Virus record (IMG/VR): IMGVR_UViG_3300011693_000001
Coordinates: 239,606-259,605 of that record
DNA: 20,000 nt
DNA from: an uncultured virus (IMG/VR IMGVR_UViG_3300011693_000001)
Lineage: Duplodnaviria > Heunggongvirae > Uroviricota > Caudoviricetes
Strand: one strand, 5' to 3'
In this document: one piece after another, positions 16,928-20,000 of the stretch
How the letters are laid out: every line of letters starts with the position of its first letter
How positions within the stretch are numbered: the stretch's first letter is position 1
Notes under the pieces: generated by a model
Databases searched by the model: none
What the model was told of the DNA's origin: nothing
What the model saw: only the letters and a program-made list of their open reading frames with translations
Translations under genes and position numbers: made by a program

Positions 16928-16955
16928 AAGGGTAGAAGGTTTTCCCTCTACCCTT
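16928..16955 (-). promoter_or_regulatory. 12-bp hairpin (terminator of the upstream gene or 5' leader hairpin)
   Basis: AAGGGTAGAGGG-AAAA-CCTTCTACCCTT. Confidence 0.6.
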
Positions 16956-16956
16956 C

Positions 16957-16966
16957 TTTACAGTTT
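16957..16966 (-). promoter_or_regulatory. AAACTGTAAA motif copy upstream of the basic protein gene
   Basis: Exact 10-mer, intergenic, 4 nt after the stop at 16971. Confidence 0.6.
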
Positions 16967-16970
16967 GCGG

Positions 16971-18263
16971 TTATTCTTCCGCTTCACCGGACTCATCGGA
17001 ATCAGCTTTAACAGTGAATACAGCATACCCGCGATCAAATCGTACCGAACTACCTTCAGCGATCAAGCCTTGGAAAATATTCAGCAGATCAGGAGTAACG
17101 TCATCTTGGATCAGAATGTTTACCTGAACCGAAGAGACGGCGGTAGCTTCTTTCAGACGTGCTACCAGAGTGTTAACGACCTTGAGGTTATTCAAGAGCA
17201 TTCGCATTTCATCTTTATTCTTACGGGCAGCAGCTACGATAGCTGGGACCGCAAAATGCAGATCGATAGAGCGAATAGCAGTAAGCGCAGTACCACCCCA
17301 AGCGCCTTCGCTTTGTTCGAAGCGAGTAGCTACAGTAACAACTGCGCCGGATTCTTCATCGAATGGTTGATTCAAGCGGGACTCTACACCGCGCGCTTGT
17401 TCGTAAACATAATTCTCTGCGATGCTACTCGGAACAGCAACACCGAAGCGAATGGAATCGCCTTCCATAGAAACACCTTCGACGAAGGCATCCAGTGCAG
17501 CACGTACAGCGCCGGTTGCATCTTTCTCTTGACCTTTACCACGACGCAGCGGCTGATGCGTGGTCAAAAAGGTGCCATTCTTTTCGTAAATGGAACCTTC
17601 ACGACTGTCGAGGTAGATGCTGATGTTAATCTCATGCTTGTAGTTGAGATTTTCGATGCTAACCGTTTCAGGGACTTCATCTTCATCGACGAAATCCTCA
17701 TCGGAAGCGGGATGAATATGCAGTTCCGATTCGCCGTCATCGGACAGCTCGGCGATATCTTCTTCATCATCCATCGAATCATCGCTTTCGAGTTCTTCGA
17801 TTGGGGCTTCTTCGATGTTTTCATCGAATTCATCGTAATCAGGTTGTTCGGTAGTAGCACTCAGCACTTCGTTATCCTCTTCTTCATCAATCGATTCAAG
17901 GAAAGAATCGTCCATATCAGCATTGCCTGTATTGTTTACAGTTTGCTGATGTACAGATACAGCCAACGGGCTAGCAGAAGAGGCAGGCGAAGTCGGCAGA
18001 TTGAGATTCGTAGCTTTCTGCTCAGAATGGCGGAAAGAATCAGTGGTCATGTTCGTCGGCATCTTGGTTGTTGCGAGAACAACAGGGGTGTACTTGGAAA
18101 CAGGGCGACCGAGACGCTGCATATCAGCGTTATATTCCGACAACGCACGATTGTACAACTCGGGATGATCCCGGCGAGCGCTGGTAATGACATTCTGTGC
18201 CATCATGGTAGAAGAATTTGCCAGCGCGTTTTTCAGAGTGGATACTACGGATTCTGTGTTCAT
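16971..18263 (-). CDS. Hypothetical protein, 430 aa, with S/T-rich linker, acidic middle and folded C-terminal part
   Basis: ATG with AAGGAG SD; long ORF. Confidence 0.85.
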   Translation of the reverse strand: MNTESVVSTLKNALANSSTMMAQNVITSARRDHPELYNRALSEYNADMQRLGRPVSKYTPVVLATTKMPTNMTTDSFRHSEQKATNLNLPTSPASSASPLAVSVHQQTVNNTGNADMDDSFLESIDEEEDNEVLSATTEQPDYDEFDENIEEAPIEELESDDSMDDEEDIAELSDDGESELHIHPASDEDFVDEDEVPETVSIENLNYKHEINISIYLDSREGSIYEKNGTFLTTHQPLRRGKGQEKDATGAVRAALDAFVEGVSMEGDSIRFGVAVPSSIAENYVYEQARGVESRLNQPFDEESGAVVTVATRFEQSEGAWGGTALTAIRSIDLHFAVPAIVAAARKNKDEMRMLLNNLKVVNTLVARLKEATAVSSVQVNILIQDDVTPDLLNIFQGLIAEGSSVRFDRGYAVFTVKADSDESGEAEE

Positions 18264-18269
18264 GTGGTG

Positions 18270-19559
18270 TTACTCCTTTACACGATATACGATTCGACTA
18301 TCGGCGTTTGTTCGCTCGTCGTCGAGTTGAAGAACTTCGAGGCCGACTACCTTGTAAGGGATAGCCTCTTTATAGCGCTCGAAAACTTTTCGGTGATGTT
18401 TTCGGAACGTCGAAGCATCGTTGATCATTGGGATGCCAGTTAAATCGACGCTACGTGTTGTTACAGGGATGAAACCGAGAGAGTGCATACGAATTGCTCG
18501 GTGACTCAATTCCGTCAGGTGCAGAATCTCACCCTTAGAGTAACCGACCATATCGTACGCGACAAAATCAAGATATGTCTCAGGCTGCTTAGCTAACCAA
18601 GCTTCGCGCTGTTCTGCAAACGAATTCTTGGCTTCGATATACGCACGCTTTGCCGCCTTGTAATCACTCTTGCCTTTGCCAGATCGCTCAAACCGTTTCT
18701 TTGCCTTAACAGCAGCATCCCGCAACGGCTTGAGTTCATTCTCGTCAAACAACGCTTTGTCTCGAACGGGTGCAGCCAGATAAGCGTCCAACAAATTGCG
18801 AGCAGAACGCATATCAGGAAGGTTGCTCTTCAGTGCTGGGATTTTGTCCTTACGCACAGATAGCGTACCGTATACAAAAACGTATTTCCCTTGAATGCCG
18901 ACGTTACTGGAATGGCTAATGCGATCACCGTTCAACCATTCACCCAGCTTCATCGGCAGTACGCGGCTACCGAAATGCGAGAGCGCTGGAAGCATACGAT
19001 CTTCTTCCAACGTCCACATATCGTAAAGCATCCAATCAGCTGAGCCTTTCACCTTACGGTAACACGCAGCAACATGCACACCGCTAAGGAACGGCGATAC
19101 ACGAATGCTCGCACGTTTAGGTACAGTGATATCGTCGAACATCCCGAAGCCCAAAAACCGCTTGAACTTCTTCATAGCTTGGACATACGAATCGGGATAA
19201 ACGAAACCATCCTTAACAACGTTGATTGAATTAGCAATATCAGTTTTTAACCGTTTGCCAGCTTCCTCAAACGTTATGCTACCACCTTCCATGATCGAGA
19301 AGTGCGCCCAATCAGAGGCAGCTTGCTTGTTTTGTGGAACACCGATACCAAGATCGTACAGAGCGGAGACGACATACATCGCCTCCACATCACCAGCTTT
19401 TGAACGTCTATAAAGATCGATGATTTGGTTTTTGTCAATCCGCGCCATATATACACCCTTGTCGGTGTCAAGTTCCAGCGCGGAACCGTTTGGGTCAGCA
19501 ACCTGACTCAAGCACTTGGCTTGAATCAGGCGCTTTACAAGCTCAGGCTCGAACTTCAT
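18270..19559 (-). CDS. Sel1-like repeat fused to a degenerate NAD+-dependent DNA ligase adenylation-like domain, 429 aa
   Basis: GDVEAMYVVSALYDLGIGVPQNKQAASDW (Sel1). VSPFLSGVHVAACY, VFVYGTL, SARNLLDAYL, LDFVAYD, SLGFIPV, IPYKVVGLEV and RIVYR are colinear with LigA motifs. Confidence 0.6.
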   Translation of the reverse strand: MKFEPELVKRLIQAKCLSQVADPNGSALELDTDKGVYMARIDKNQIIDLYRRSKAGDVEAMYVVSALYDLGIGVPQNKQAASDWAHFSIMEGGSITFEEAGKRLKTDIANSINVVKDGFVYPDSYVQAMKKFKRFLGFGMFDDITVPKRASIRVSPFLSGVHVAACYRKVKGSADWMLYDMWTLEEDRMLPALSHFGSRVLPMKLGEWLNGDRISHSSNVGIQGKYVFVYGTLSVRKDKIPALKSNLPDMRSARNLLDAYLAAPVRDKALFDENELKPLRDAAVKAKKRFERSGKGKSDYKAAKRAYIEAKNSFAEQREAWLAKQPETYLDFVAYDMVGYSKGEILHLTELSHRAIRMHSLGFIPVTTRSVDLTGIPMINDASTFRKHHRKVFERYKEAIPYKVVGLEVLQLDDERTNADSRIVYRVKE

Positions 19560-19564
19560 TACGC

Positions 19565-20000
19565 TTATGCTTCCTCAAAGTGCTGAGCAAAGCTGTCCAG
19601 AGAAACAGTGATCAGTTTACCGCCACGCTTGGCCAGAACAATCTTAGCCTTGCTTACCAGCTTACTGTCGGAACCGATGAAGAAGTAAGGGTTATTCGTG
19701 CGAACGTCCTTAACTTTCGAACCGAGGCTAGCATTGGCATCGAAATCAGAGTCGAGGTAACGCTGGCCGTACTTTTCAGCGGCTTCTACACTAACGCCGG
19801 TGAGTTTGGCGATAGCTTCGAAATCCACGCTTTCCTCTTCCTCTTCGTCGTCTTCTCCGTCGAGGGATTCCAGCTCATCTTCATCTTCATCTTCGAAGTC
19901 GTCTTCGTCTTGCTCGGACTCTTCGTCGTCTTCCTCTTCTTCGTCGTCGAGTTCTTCGTCGTCGAGGTCTTCTTCCTCTTCGTCGTCTTCCTCTTCTTCG
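19565..20000 (-). CDS. Protein with long D/E tract followed by a small C-terminal domain; 5'-truncated by window edge
   Basis: The frame of the 87-aa track ORF stays open to the window end and encodes about 57 further, mostly D/E, residues. Confidence 0.85.
   Translation of the reverse strand, partial: EEEEDDEEEEDLDDEELDDEEEEDDEESEQDEDDFEDEDEDELESLDGEDDEEEEESVDFEAIAKLTGVSVEAAEKYGQRYLDSDFDANASLGSKVKDVRTNNPYFFIGSDSKLVSKAKIVLAKRGGKLITVSLDSFAQHFEEA

Noticed and set aside
16965..18443. 492-aa plus-strand ORF
   Set aside because: Antisense shadow of the 430-aa minus-strand gene; no SD or motifs, F/I-rich composition expected from reverse-complemented acidic codons
19565..19828. 87-aa ORF with GTG start as listed in the track
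   Set aside because: The frame is open upstream to the window edge, so this is the C-terminal part of a longer acidic protein

Overview
Densely packed genes, all on the minus strand, which look like the replication/transcription region of a large (jumbo-type) dsDNA bacteriophage. This is an inference from the gp32-like SSB, divergent RecA, type IIA topoisomerase A subunit without a CTD, orphan sigma factors and many ORFans; gene content is reminiscent of large myophages such as the PaBG/Lu11/Y3/Dickeya JA group, but this is unverified. In transcription order (right to left) the window contains: (1) an acidic-tract protein (partial); (2) a Sel1-repeat protein fused to an apparently catalytically dead NAD-ligase adenylation domain; (3) a cluster of extreme low-complexity proteins (poly-D/E, basic-acidic diblock and histone H1-like); (4) a degenerate beta-class DNA methyltransferase-fold protein; (5) three small N-anchored membrane proteins and a SWIM zinc-finger protein; (6) a sigma70-like factor lacking a clear region 4; (7) SSB and RecA, both with charged tails; (8) a GyrA/ParC-like subunit with a 448-aa LAGLIDADG intein directly after the catalytic Tyr, whose block-B His is replaced by Glu; (9) an HNH-RHH protein and a second, ECF-like sigma candidate. 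Non-coding signals include two near-consensus sigma70 promoters, several hairpins and a recurrent strand-specific motif AAACTGTAAAnA upstream of genes (candidate phage promoter). The most interesting candidate system is a phage chromatin/condensate module of oppositely charged disordered proteins, possibly co-regulated by a phage sigma factor through that motif.
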